DNA of 64,000 nucleotides from a virus, in IMG/VR virus record IMGVR_UViG_3300029112_000175, positions 1,552 through 65,551 of that record; one strand, given 5' to 3'. Shown one piece after another: positions 38,634 to 48,373 of the stretch. Position 1 is the stretch's first letter. Each line of letters begins with the position of its first letter. The translations under genes and the position numbers were made by a program. The notes below the pieces were generated by a model. The model made no database searches. It was not told the origin of the DNA and saw only the letters and a list, made by a program, of their open reading frames with translations.

Positions 38634-39793
38634 TTAATTTCGTACTCCTTTTTATATTCTCTACCATTTGCTAAATATTTTTGAATATACATCGGCTTCA
38701 TCACTTCAAAAATCTTTTTTATCGTAACTGGAATCATATGCTTTTCTTCAATATCTTTGTATGGATAACGGTTTGATTTAACCATTTTAAATGTAGTCGG
38801 GAAAATATTGGTTACTTCATGCCTACTCGTATTATCTTTCATACGAACAATAAATAAGTTATTATTTTTGTCTTCTGGATAAATCTCAAACTCATATTTA
38901 TTTCTACCGTAATATTCACTTATAAATTGTCTTTCGCTCCAACGACCAGAAGATGATCTTTTCTCAAACTCTTCAAAAGTGAGATATTTGTATTCATTTT
39001 TTGAACTGTCGTATGGAGAATACTCACAGTTTCTTTCTAAATTATTGTAAATATTTGCATATTTTTCACTGCATTTGTTATCAATACATTTGATAAATTT
39101 ATTCTTTGGTAAAGATTTATAATGTTCAAAAATACCATTATGCCAAAACCAAAAATGCTTACCTTTACTTGTTCCTTCCCAATAGTCAAAAGCTTCAAAT
39201 TTACCCATATAAATCCAGTTCTCATTATCTTTTGTAAGATATGTAGCACCGATAATTAAATCTTTTGCTTTAATGGTTTCATTGTTATGGATAATTTTAT
39301 TAAACTCACTAATTTGCTTATAGTCAGGTGACTCAACTGGCATAAGAACTAAATCCTTACCATCCCATCCATATATAAATTCTCCTTCAAGCCCCTTACC
39401 CTTGATACAATTCGCATTTTCAAGAATGTACAATAAATTTTCAATGGTAATTTCAAACTCAAATCCTCTTGGATCATATACTCTACAATAAGCATGTCGG
39501 TAATCCCATCCTGTAGAGTAATCACCAGCTTTCTTATTTAGTACAAATCCTTCTGTTGGGACATTATCAAATTCATCATTCGGAATTTTATCGTCACGCC
39601 AACTATTCCATGATGCTTCTTTTCGCAGTTTGCCTTTTTCATCATAGTAAATAACATAGGCAAGTTTTCCTGTATAAGTTCCTGAACGATTTTGATATCC
39701 AACATTTATCGTTTTAGGAACAAAAATGCTACTGTTCAATCTATTATCTTCTCCTTGCTTTGCGTAAACCTTATGTATACAATCTATTAACAT
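38630..39793 (-). CDS. hypothetical protein
   Basis: 387 aa ORF; no motif recognised. Confidence 0.45.
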   Translation of the reverse strand: MLIDCIHKVYAKQGEDNRLNSSIFVPKTINVGYQNRSGTYTGKLAYVIYYDEKGKLRKEASWNSWRDDKIPNDEFDNVPTEGFVLNKKAGDYSTGWDYRHAYCRVYDPRGFEFEITIENLLYILENANCIKGKGLEGEFIYGWDGKDLVLMPVESPDYKQISEFNKIIHNNETIKAKDLIIGATYLTKDNENWIYMGKFEAFDYWEGTSKGKHFWFWHNGIFEHYKSLPKNKFIKCIDNKCSEKYANIYNNLERNCEYSPYDSSKNEYKYLTFEEFEKRSSSGRWSERQFISEYYGRNKYEFEIYPEDKNNNLFIVRMKDNTSRHEVTNIFPTTFKMVKSNRYPYKDIEEKHMIPVTIKKIFEVMKPMYIQKYLANGREYKKEYEIK

Positions 39794-39842
39794 ATAGTAA
39801 CTATCTGATTGATTACTCTTTCAAAATACTTTCTATATACTA

Positions 39843-40109
39843 TTATTTTCTTCCACGAATAAGATTAAATTGAATTGTGTATTTGTCATTTTCTGTACTC
39901 AAAGCTGCTAAATAACCATCTACAAACACATTCAATAAACGAGAGCATCTTGGACACAACTCCCTTTTTACTGGTTCAACAGTTTCTCCGAATGGCATTA
40001 TTTTATTACCAGCCTTGTCTGTCGCATATCTTTGCACTCGCTTTGGTAACATATATTCTGTTACCGAATTTGTTTCTTTGTTACATACATCACAATATGT
40101 TCTTGTCAT
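39843..40109 (-). CDS. zinc-ribbon small protein
   Basis: CDVCNK...CPRCS. Confidence 0.4.
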   Translation of the reverse strand: MTRTYCDVCNKETNSVTEYMLPKRVQRYATDKAGNKIMPFGETVEPVKRELCPRCSRLLNVFVDGYLAALSTENDKYTIQFNLIRGRK

Positions 40110-40247
40110 AAAATTCCTCCGCTTTATCCTTATATCGCCTTTGCAATCGACTTAACCTAATTATCAAAATATTTTACAATTAATCTTTTCTTGACTAGGC
40201 TCAATCCTTTATTAAATTCAAAAGTATCATCCTTATAGCATGTGGTT

Positions 40248-40439
40248 TCAATTTTCAAACAATTCATCATAAAGGTCATTTAATTTATTCTCTTTTTGCG
40301 AAAACAAATAATAAACTTTTCCAATATATGTAGAAATTCGTAGTGCCAAATAGAAAACTCCAAATAAAACTATAAGAGCTATTGCGACACCAATACAAAA
40401 TACAATAATTGCACCTAAACCAAATAACAATGTCAACAC
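40248..40439 (-). CDS. small membrane protein
   Basis: Two hydrophobic helices. Confidence 0.4.
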   Translation of the reverse strand: MLTLLFGLGAIIVFCIGVAIALIVLFGVFYLALRISTYIGKVYYLFSQKENKLNDLYDELFEN

Positions 40440-40446
40440 CTCACTA

Positions 40447-41433
40447 CTACTGCATATTTACGATTGGAGTAGCACTACCCTGAACCTGTGGGACTTCACC
40501 TTTCCACTTCTCGATTTTCTGCTTTTCAATCAGTTCAGGAGTAAGAGATGCTGCAATCTTAGCATTAGCAGTTGCTTCTGCCTCAGATTTAATTCTCATA
40601 GCTTCAGCTTCACCTTCTGCCTGAATCTTTTTCTGCTCTGCAACAATAGAAGCCTTTTCTTTTTCCTGTTCTGCTGCAATAAGAGCAACTTCCTTATCCT
40701 TATCAGCCTGAACCTTCGCAGTTTTTGCCTCAATATTAGCGAGTTCTAATTCCTGCTGTGCAGTTACTTTCTTCTGAATTGCAGCAGATGTTTCAGAATC
40801 TGTGGAAATATTGGTAAAGTTTACTGTGTCAATGATAATTCCATATGGCTCGAATTTCTGTTTTAAATATACATCAAGTGCTTCGTTCAGTTCCTGACGC
40901 TTATCACCGAATACATCAGTTACAGGATACTTAGCAGTTACTTCCTGCGTCCATGCTCTCATCTTTGGTTTAATAAATGTATCTTTAATAGACTTTCCAG
41001 GCTGTCCTTTAAACATAATAAATGTATCTGCAATCTTTGTCTGATCAAACTTATATGAAAATTCAAGATCAACTTTTAACGACTTACCATCAGATGTTGG
41101 AGTGGAAAAACTTTCGTCTGCTGGGGAATCCCCTTTTTCTTCTGATGTAAGATAAGACTGTTCAATACCAATAGAATATGTAGTTACTTTTTTTGTTGGA
41201 GCCACAAAATGCCATCCCTGTGTGATAACTTCTCCATCAACTCCTCCATTCATACTGTTGTATACGATTCCCACATATCCAGCTGGAATTTTCTCTGTAC
41301 ACTTAATTCCTACAAACAGACCACCAGCAATTAATACTGCTAAACCTACTCCACCAATTAAACCTTTACTCATTCTCTTTATTCTCCTCTTTCTTTTCTT
41401 TTTCGTTACCTTTAAGTGCTTTTTTAACATCAT
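40447..41433 (-). CDS. SPFH/Band-7 (stomatin/prohibitin/HflK-like) membrane protein
   Basis: Basic N-terminus then a TM helix (LIGGVGLAVLIAGGLFVGI). SPFH core (AGYVGIV...). Long Ala/Glu/Lys-rich coiled coil. Confidence 0.6.
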   Translation of the reverse strand: MMLKKHLKVTKKKRKRRIKRMSKGLIGGVGLAVLIAGGLFVGIKCTEKIPAGYVGIVYNSMNGGVDGEVITQGWHFVAPTKKVTTYSIGIEQSYLTSEEKGDSPADESFSTPTSDGKSLKVDLEFSYKFDQTKIADTFIMFKGQPGKSIKDTFIKPKMRAWTQEVTAKYPVTDVFGDKRQELNEALDVYLKQKFEPYGIIIDTVNFTNISTDSETSAAIQKKVTAQQELELANIEAKTAKVQADKDKEVALIAAEQEKEKASIVAEQKKIQAEGEAEAMRIKSEAEATANAKIAASLTPELIEKQKIEKWKGEVPQVQGSATPIVNMQ

Positions 41434-41539
41434 TCCAAAGAAGTTCTAAAATTGCACCTACAGGTTTAAAAATTGCTGCCAACAGAAACCATAATATGAT
41501 TGCTGCCACAATAACTAAAGGAAACATAATTGGATTCAT

Positions 41540-41857
41540 TTATTTCTTCTCCTTCTTTACAAAACTACTCTTATTACCAATTCTCTTAACATTGTCCATT
41601 AGTTTCAGATTGTCATTAATCATAAGAGCCAGCGCCTGATCCTCAGTAAATCCAACATTCAGATAGGCATCATACATATTCTTCTTAACCTTTGCTACAA
41701 TTGCAGGATACTCAGTATTTTCAGAATAATCCTTATATACATTGACAAATTCCTGTGCTACTCCATAAGCCACTGGTTTGTACTTCTCGACATACATCTT
41801 CGCTGCTTCTAACAGTACATCAGGATTTTCTAATAACTTTGCTAATAACTCTTCCAT
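41540..41857 (-). CDS. hypothetical protein
   Basis: ORF in array. Confidence 0.4.
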   Translation of the reverse strand: MEELLAKLLENPDVLLEAAKMYVEKYKPVAYGVAQEFVNVYKDYSENTEYPAIVAKVKKNMYDAYLNVGFTEDQALALMINDNLKLMDNVKRIGNKSSFVKKEKK

Positions 41858-42017
41858 TTACTTATTCTCCTTCTTCTCATTCTTTTTTGTTTCTTTCTTA
41901 GCTGCCATTTTCTCCTTAGCAAGTTCATTATTAAGCTTTGCCATAATGCTTCCCATCTTACCAATTGACTTACATGTGATTCCCATACTGTTTTCCTCTT
42001 TTCTTTTTTTTAATTAT

Positions 42018-42788
42018 TTACAATACCTGTACGATCTGCTCATACAGGATCATATCCTTATCATTGATTGCTCTATTGACATGCATATGTCCCATGAACC
42101 AATACTTATATTCGGTTTCTGCTCTAATATTCTCCAAATACTTCGTAAGAATATCCTGTTCATACAAACCTTGTCCTAACAATGCAATAACTGATGCAGG
42201 CGGACTATGAGTGATAATATAATCTACTACATTATTATTCTCTTTTAATTTGTCCAATCCATATTGCATTTCCTGATCAGTTGGAAGTTCTTCTTCCCAC
42301 CAAGTCAGATCTTTTACACGGTACATCCATTTACCGTTTACTTCCAATTCCTTGGCTTGTTCTCGCCAATCCTCATCGTTATAATCAAGAATACCATCTG
42401 AAATATCGTGCGAACTTGCACCACCGAATGTAAAGAATTTTTTACCCTGAATATTGAAAACCTCACCACGCATCATATGTAGAACATGTGGTCTAATTTC
42501 ATGAATCATACCACCATGCCATTCTTTTACAGGATATGTAGCCATTCTTTTATGGTTCTCATGGTTCCCATCTACAAATAGTGTTGTGAATGGTTTATCT
42601 TCTAACCAGTCTAACCAATAATGCTCTGATTTTCTTTCACAATCACGCTGCCATACAAGACCAAAATCACCACAGATGATTACAAAATTTTCATCCTTGT
42701 TTCCGCTAAAATCTTTTTGTTCATAGAAACAATCTTTACTGAACCTGCTTACATCCGCATGGCAATCGCCTGTTACAAATACACTCAA
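42018..42788 (-). CDS. calcineurin-like metallophosphoesterase
   Basis: VFVTGDCHAD, IICGDFG, FVDGNHENH and a GGASSHD..THSPP motif series. Confidence 0.65.
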   Translation of the reverse strand: MSVFVTGDCHADVSRFSKDCFYEQKDFSGNKDENFVIICGDFGLVWQRDCERKSEHYWLDWLEDKPFTTLFVDGNHENHKRMATYPVKEWHGGMIHEIRPHVLHMMRGEVFNIQGKKFFTFGGASSHDISDGILDYNDEDWREQAKELEVNGKWMYRVKDLTWWEEELPTDQEMQYGLDKLKENNNVVDYIITHSPPASVIALLGQGLYEQDILTKYLENIRAETEYKYWFMGHMHVNRAINDKDMILYEQIVQVL

Positions 42789-42817
42789 TATTTATCACTC
42801 CTTTTTATTTTTATTAC

Positions 42818-42886
42818 TTCCTCATCTTGGACTCGAACCAAGTTTTGCAGAGTGAGCTGCCGTGCTTCCTATTACACCAATGAGAA
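42818..42886 (-). tRNA. tRNA-like gene; anticodon loop noncanonical (6-nt loop CUCACU), identity undetermined
   Basis: Minus-strand sequence TTCTCAT-TG-GTGT-AATAGGAA-GCAC-G-GCAG-CTCACT-CTGC-AAAA-CTTGG-TTCGAGT-CCAAG-ATGAGGA-A. Acceptor stem is perfect at 7 bp. T-arm is CTTGG/CCAAG with loop TTCGAGT. D-arm has a GG loop. No encoded CCA. Confidence 0.5.
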
Positions 42887-43034
42887 ACCATAAACGTTTT
42901 ATTAAGTGGCTCTGTTGCTTAAGTCTGCGCATCAACCAAGCAATAACAATCCGATGGGAAATTTGTTTTTAAAGTTTTACATCCTCTTGCCACCGTTCTG
43001 CGACTTTCCACATCACAGATGAATCAGAGCCAAC

Positions 43035-43106
43035 GGCGAATACCGGATTTGAACCGATACTTCTGAGATCAAACCTCAGTGTACTACCTGATTATACTAA
43101 TTCGCT
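43035..43106 (-). tRNA. tRNA-Gln (anticodon UUG)
   Basis: Anticodon stem CTGAG/CTCAG with loop GTTTGAT, giving U33, UUG and A37. T-arm ATCGG/CCGGT with loop TTCAAAT. D-arm GTAT/GTAC with GG loop. Acceptor GCGAAT/ATTCGC. No encoded CCA. Confidence 0.7.
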
Positions 43107-43142
43107 AGATGTGACTGATTTCTCAGCCACTTATTTATTCTC

Positions 43143-43409
43143 TTATTCCTTCTGAAGATTTACTAATGCTTCATTATAATATCCAATCTGATCCATCATT
43201 TCACGTAAATGTTCAATAAACATTTCATAAGACTTTGCATAAGCAGGATATGTCTCGATCCACTGTAAAGACTCTTTGATACTTTCGCATTCCTGAATTT
43301 TTAACAGCGTATCTTTATCATCTTTATAGATATTCTCTAGTTCTTTCATAATCTCATCTGCACTTAATCCTTTTAACATTTCTACTTCATTTTCAGTCAA
43401 CTTTCTCAT
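43143..43409 (-). CDS. hypothetical protein
   Basis: ORF in array. Confidence 0.4.
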   Translation of the reverse strand: MRKLTENEVEMLKGLSADEIMKELENIYKDDKDTLLKIQECESIKESLQWIETYPAYAKSYEMFIEHLREMMDQIGYYNEALVNLQKE

Positions 43410-43424
43410 ATTGTCTTTCCTCTC

Positions 43425-43685
43425 TTATTCTTTATTTTTATTCCATTTAACTACAACCAGTCTTACAATTGCGCCACCCCATGCAATAAACCAAATCACT
43501 GGACCAGCAAAACAGAACTTCAAGAAATTCCATCCGATTATTCCCCATGTTAATGCTCCTGATCCGTATGCAGCATAGCAGTCAAGAATTGGTTTAATTA
43601 ACATCAGCCATCCACCTACATACAAACCAATAAGAAATCCTAAAACTAAAATTACATCTCCAATTTTATTTCTCATCTTTATCAT
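43425..43685 (-). CDS. small membrane protein
   Basis: Hydrophobic helices. Confidence 0.4.
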   Translation of the reverse strand: MIKMRNKIGDVILVLGFLIGLYVGGWLMLIKPILDCYAAYGSGALTWGIIGWNFLKFCFAGPVIWFIAWGGAIVRLVVVKWNKNKE

Positions 43686-43896
43686 CTTCTCCTAATTTTT
43701 CTACTTTCTTATACAGAAAGTGCCATGTATATAATAGTACATCACTTATAATAATAGACGTCAGAAACACTGTCATATTATCATCAATGCAAATCATATA
43801 ATATTCTGCAAAGAAAATAATAATCATTATTGTAGCCTGTACTACACCAGCAGCAATAATATACAATAGCTGTTTAGTTTTATTATTTAATTCCAT
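43666..43896 (-). CDS. small membrane protein
   Basis: Hydrophobic helices. Confidence 0.4.
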   Translation of the reverse strand: MELNNKTKQLLYIIAAGVVQATIMIIIFFAEYYMICIDDNMTVFLTSIIISDVLLYTWHFLYKKVEKLGEDDKDEK

Positions 43897-44146
43897 CTAA
43901 ACTTACTCTCCTATTCCATGCCTCAATTGCCTTACCGGCAGTAAAAGCCTCCTCTATTGGATCACCATTTGCTAATGAATTATATAATATTGACTTATAA
44001 GTAGTTCTTTCGCATCCACATGTGCCACCTCTTGCATGGCAACTATTACATCTCACAGAATATATACTTCTGCCATTTCTTGATTTCTTGTCAACTTTCA
44101 ATTTATTACTGCCGCAAAACGGACAAGGTTTTAATGTCTGTTCCAT
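43883..44146 (-). CDS. Lar-family restriction-alleviation-like Zn-ribbon protein
   Basis: N-terminal KPCPFCGS...C.SC pattern typical of the Lar family. Confidence 0.45.
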   Translation of the reverse strand: MEQTLKPCPFCGSNKLKVDKKSRNGRSIYSVRCNSCHARGGTCGCERTTYKSILYNSLANGDPIEEAFTAGKAIEAWNRRVSLDGIK

Positions 44147-44273
44147 ATATTTATTCTCCTTTAGTAAACTTTTTGGTAAGGAAATATATGTCCCTACCAG
44201 AAATATTCTCTAAATTATTTTCCACCAATAGTCATAAACTTTTTTATAAAAACGACCTCTATGTATTATGGTT

Positions 44274-44696
44274 TTATCTTTCCTCACAGCACGATTTGCC
44301 ATCTTTTTGTAATATCCGGCTAAATTTCCATGTCCTTTTTTTAGAAAGCCAGCATCTCTTATATCGTGCGATTTCGCCTAATGTATATGAGCCATTTTGG
44401 AAATTCCATTTTTCTAAAGGTTTACCATTTCGATCAACTGGATATACAGGCGAAGGATACCTTTTAAGATTATCAGAAAGAAATTTTAGATGTGTCTTAT
44501 ATTTATTCTCTGAATTTTTCCAATCACGGGATTTTTTCTTCTTATAATCGGTGGCTGTAAGTCTAATTTTTCTGGATGAAAGATGAGTTTCATCGGAAAT
44601 TTTTTCTATATATTGTGGTAATTCATCTTCAAATATACAATATATAGTATTGCATTTTTGATAAACACCAAAATATGGACAGCTATCACACAACAT
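44274..44696 (-). CDS. hypothetical protein
   Basis: ORF in array. Confidence 0.4.
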   Translation of the reverse strand: MLCDSCPYFGVYQKCNTIYCIFEDELPQYIEKISDETHLSSRKIRLTATDYKKKKSRDWKNSENKYKTHLKFLSDNLKRYPSPVYPVDRNGKPLEKWNFQNGSYTLGEIARYKRCWLSKKRTWKFSRILQKDGKSCCEER

Positions 44697-44703
44697 ATAT
44701 TTT

Positions 44704-45144
44704 TCACCACCACAAATGTCTAAAATATTTAGAAAACAGCTCTAGTCCTTCTTTAATTGCTTCATTCCGTCTATCCTGCTCTGTATCTCGATTATTTTCA
44801 ATCTCTTTGGCCCAATCGTCTATACGAAAATGAAATAATGTTTTTTTATCTTTATCTATTTCTATATGAATGCCATCCGAATAATCATATCTCGGATCAT
44901 CAACCCACCAATCATCATCCGTAACGATATACTCAAAAGCAGTAATCATCTTCTGTAAAATATCTTGCCACTTATTCATAGTATCTGCTTCATCATAACC
45001 AGGAAAACCTAAACTATTTTCTTTGAATTTAATTAGCCTTGGCAGTACAAACTTCGCCACAGTATAATCCAAATTCCATAATTCTTTCGGAGCAATATAT
45101 TGGCCATGTTTCTTAAGCCATTTCTTTCTTGTTCTCTGTCTCAT
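44704..45144 (-). CDS. hypothetical protein
   Basis: Its ATG overlaps the upstream reading frame's TGA as ATGA. Confidence 0.4.
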   Translation of the reverse strand: MRQRTRKKWLKKHGQYIAPKELWNLDYTVAKFVLPRLIKFKENSLGFPGYDEADTMNKWQDILQKMITAFEYIVTDDDWWVDDPRYDYSDGIHIEIDKDKKTLFHFRIDDWAKEIENNRDTEQDRRNEAIKEGLELFSKYFRHLWW

Positions 45145-45421
45145 TCTTTATATTCCTCCAATTCATACAATCCATTGATCTTATTATCCAACTCAGCCAC
45201 TTCTTGTCTTAATTTATTTGCTTTTTTCTTACTATCTGTTTTAATATATTCAGTCCATTTTTTCTTACGTAAGTTTGTCACTTCCTTGTACAACTCATCG
45301 CAGTCTTTTTCATCTACAACTGCCAGCTCAATCTTCTCTCCACAATTGCCAGCTTCTGAGCGATAGTGGATTTACCACTACCACTCAGCCCAACAAGTAA
45401 CATCAATTTAGGTTTATTCAT
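45141..45421 (-). pseudogene. P-loop nucleotide/polynucleotide-kinase-like gene remnant, frameshifted
   Basis: ATG at 45419-45421 gives MNKPKLMLLVGLSGSGKSTIAQKLAIVERRLSWQL, then TAG. The -1 frame continues ...EKIELAVVDEKDCDELYKEVTNLRKKKWTEYIK...EYKE and ends in a TGA overlapping the next ATG. No intact ORF of 60 aa or more. Confidence 0.45.
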
Positions 45422-46733
45422 TAACCGTCTCCTTATATAATTCTTCTGCTTCTTCCATATCAGGTGCATCAGATGTGTCCTTAATTAAACCCTCACATAC
45501 TTTAAATTCAAACACTTTGTCCTTAAAAGCAGTAAATGTAGGTCTATTATCAATACGAATAACTACACCCTCTGCAATATGTGTTTTGCCAATCTCATCT
45601 GCTGGCATTCCATCAATATATTTATGTACTCTTTCCTGGAGATCTTCTGGTGTTGTAAAAATAAACTTTTCTAAGTCAGGTACATGCTTAACTCCAAGCT
45701 TATCGCACCATACTTTAACAGTTTCCCAAGGAACTTCAAACACAGTTCCATCTGCTGTTGTTGCGGTCATTCGATATACATACATTTCATTTTCGCCAGG
45801 TTTACAACCATAAGAGAATGTTGTAGTATCTCCGAATTTCTTAGTGAATTCTTTTTCTTTTACACCTCTATTAGAAACAGACCCCATAATTGGAGTAGAT
45901 TCATTTACCCATCCTACAATCTCATAAAAAACCGATAATCCTTCTGGAAGTCTGTCTTTTAATAAATCATGATATTTTTTTCTAAAACTATTATCAGAAT
46001 AATATCCATCATTCTTAGTCATATCCTTTAGCACAACTCTTCTGCTACCAGATACCACAGAAACTTCTTTAAAGATTTTCGGCGGCATATGTAATAATTT
46101 TCTCAGCCGATTAGTTTTCTTTGTAACCTTGACTGTTTTCATTGTCCTGGCTGAAGTACCGTGGAGTTTGCGAGTAATATAAATAGTATCTCCTGGTTTA
46201 AAAGCAGACATATTGTATGCAAGCTGTGCAGTATCTTTATGCTCTTCAAAGAATGGATAAGATACAGTTTCTTTAGAATTTTTATGACTCTTTTTGGAAC
46301 TTCCAGTATTATTTCTTACTCGATTTTTACCTTTGGGAATATATTTACGACAAATCTCATGACCATCCAGAACAGTGATCTGATCACCATCTTTTAATTT
46401 AGAAATGTTAGTGTATTTAGAAAGTGTTTCAATTGGTAATACAAGACCTTCAGATTTTTCTCCTCGAAGTCTGATGGCTGTTACATTTCTTTTATCAGGG
46501 TCCATATAGCCACCAGTATTATTACCATTTTCATCTTTTACTCTTATCAAATTGTTCTCTGTTGCATATTCTAATGAAAGCTGTCCATCAGAAGGAAAGA
46601 AAATAACTTTCTGACCTTCTTTATAACTTAAATCTACAATTACATTCTGCCCAAATACTTCTACACACTGCAGCCTATCTGCATTACTGTGTTTTCTCAA
46701 ACCTTTTAACGTTGTTACATAAGCACAATACAT
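45414..46733 (-). CDS. ATP-dependent RNA ligase (Rnl2-like nucleotidyltransferase) with N-terminal Myf/EMAP-type tRNA-binding OB domain
   Basis: N-terminal YVTTLKGLRKHSNADRLQCVEVFGQNVIVD...IRLRGEKSEGLVLPIETL matches the tRNA_bind (HPNADKL...LRGVxSEGM) pattern. Ligase motifs: I ITRKLHGTSAR, III FYEIVGW, IV IAEGVVIRID, V FKDKVFEFK. Confidence 0.6.
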   Translation of the reverse strand: MYCAYVTTLKGLRKHSNADRLQCVEVFGQNVIVDLSYKEGQKVIFFPSDGQLSLEYATENNLIRVKDENGNNTGGYMDPDKRNVTAIRLRGEKSEGLVLPIETLSKYTNISKLKDGDQITVLDGHEICRKYIPKGKNRVRNNTGSSKKSHKNSKETVSYPFFEEHKDTAQLAYNMSAFKPGDTIYITRKLHGTSARTMKTVKVTKKTNRLRKLLHMPPKIFKEVSVVSGSRRVVLKDMTKNDGYYSDNSFRKKYHDLLKDRLPEGLSVFYEIVGWVNESTPIMGSVSNRGVKEKEFTKKFGDTTTFSYGCKPGENEMYVYRMTATTADGTVFEVPWETVKVWCDKLGVKHVPDLEKFIFTTPEDLQERVHKYIDGMPADEIGKTHIAEGVVIRIDNRPTFTAFKDKVFEFKVCEGLIKDTSDAPDMEEAEELYKETVNE

Positions 46734-46803
46734 AAGTTCCTCTTACCTTAGTAAGTAGTGCGCACTTTATCCTATAGGAACTTTTCTATTTTTTCCTTTC
46801 TTC

Positions 46804-47505
46804 TTAATTTTCTAATTTGTTACCTTTAGCTTCATTACAAGGCTTACACATTGTTTGATAGTTACTAATATCATCAATACCACCTTTTGAGCGTGGTAAA
46901 ATATGATCTTTTGTCATTAAAATTTCTGTACCATTATCATCAACTGCATATAAATTCAGATGATATGCTTTATCTTGTAAATGTCTTTCTTTTGCAAAAT
47001 ATTTTCCTTCAATTCCACAAATTGCGCATTTACAACCTTTTGTGAAAAAAGTCTGATATCTTTGACTGTTACCCTTAATCAAATCTCCATCGAAATCAAT
47101 CTTTACATTTCTCTTATCTTTTTCAAATAGAATGTCTTTTACTTTTTCTCTAACTTCATCAATGGAATATACTTCTTTGCGAATCAAGTCCTCGTGTTTT
47201 TGTTTTTGCTTTAGTTTTGATTTGCAAAATTGCTTAGTTAATAAAGTATTACAAATATCTTCATTACTCAAAATAATTAACAAATCTTTTACTGTTTTAA
47301 TCTGGTTAGGAATATAATCAGAAAGTAAATGTCTATTCCAAACAATCTTAAAAATTTCTGTATCCAAATTTGGTGATAATGGATTATTGTTCTTGGGAAA
47401 ACTCGTATTTAAGAAATCTTCAATAGTTTTATATTTGTCTAATAACTCCTTATCATTAAAACGATAATGAAATTTAAGACCTTTAAAAAAATTCTTTTTG
47501 CTCAT
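46804..47505 (-). CDS. HNH endonuclease
   Basis: C-terminal DHILPRSKGGIDDISNYQTMCKPCNEAKGN. Confidence 0.65.
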   Translation of the reverse strand: MSKKNFFKGLKFHYRFNDKELLDKYKTIEDFLNTSFPKNNNPLSPNLDTEIFKIVWNRHLLSDYIPNQIKTVKDLLIILSNEDICNTLLTKQFCKSKLKQKQKHEDLIRKEVYSIDEVREKVKDILFEKDKRNVKIDFDGDLIKGNSQRYQTFFTKGCKCAICGIEGKYFAKERHLQDKAYHLNLYAVDDNGTEILMTKDHILPRSKGGIDDISNYQTMCKPCNEAKGNKLEN

Positions 47506-47556
47506 AGTGACATCTCCTTTAAAATTTTATTGTCACTTATATATTCTCTCTTTTAT

Positions 47557-47590
47557 TTGGAAATTGTGAACAGAAACGCTCTTAGATAAA
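47557..47590 (-). promoter_or_regulatory. Copy 2 of the ~33-nt conserved motif (GGAAATTGTGAACAGAAACGCTCTTAGATAAAA), in the leader of the HNH gene
   Basis: See copy 1 at 15989-16022. Confidence 0.35.
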
Positions 47591-47618
47591 ATCAACAAGA
47601 AATGCTTCTTTATTAAGA

Positions 47619-47891
47619 TTATTTATTAGTAGCCTTTTTCAAAAATTCTTCCATACTATCAGCATTTTTATCAGTGATACTTTTTAATTTTTCATAACAT
47701 TTTTCAGTCATCATAAGTGTATTATTAACCAAAATTATTTTAGTGTTATCTGGTACAATTTTCATACCGTATTTTTTCAACCACTTTTTATTAACACGCT
47801 TTTTCTTATTGATTCTTTTTTGAATATTTTTAGTGATATACTCAGTTATGAGAATTTTATAACCTAAATCTTCGATTGTTTGTATGTTCAT
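47619..47891 (-). CDS. hypothetical protein
   Basis: ORF in array. Confidence 0.35.
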   Translation of the reverse strand: MNIQTIEDLGYKILITEYITKNIQKRINKKKRVNKKWLKKYGMKIVPDNTKIILVNNTLMMTEKCYEKLKSITDKNADSMEEFLKKATNK

Positions 47892-48327
47892 TTATTCTTC
47901 CATCCGATCTACGATACTCTATAACTAATTCTTCGTCCTTAATGATACACGTTTCTTTCATTATCCAATCTTCATATCTATTATCTTGAAGTAGCTGTTG
48001 ATATAAATTTATCCAACCCTGTGCAGAAAATTTATATCTCCACTTATAATTTATCCATTTTTCATTATTGAACGGTTTAAGTGCAACTAATTCTATACAT
48101 TTGCGACATTTCTTATAAAGGTTAATTGCGTACCAATCTGACCATTTTTTGTTATAAACATTTATAAATGCTTCAGTCGGATCATACCTACTTCTCATAT
48201 CAGTAAGAGTTCTGTCATACAGCTCAGTTTTTGCGTTGTATAAAACATGAAGTAAAAAATAAATATCCTCATAGTCACTATTTAATTTTTTGACACTATT
48301 TTCTAAATCCCAATATATTTTTCTCAC
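47857..48327 (-). CDS. hypothetical protein
   Basis: ORF in array. Confidence 0.4.
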   Translation of the reverse strand: MRKIYWDLENSVKKLNSDYEDIYFLLHVLYNAKTELYDRTLTDMRSRYDPTEAFINVYNKKWSDWYAINLYKKCRKCIELVALKPFNNEKWINYKWRYKFSAQGWINLYQQLLQDNRYEDWIMKETCIIKDEELVIEYRRSDGRINEHTNNRRFRL

Positions 48328-48373
48328 CTACTTCCATAGCCAAATGAAATGTGCGTTTCTTTCTAATGCAATT

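Noticed and set aside
42893-43030. A third tRNA between the two tRNA-type genes.
   Set aside because: No T-loop GTTC or acceptor complementarity found in the 140-nt spacer.
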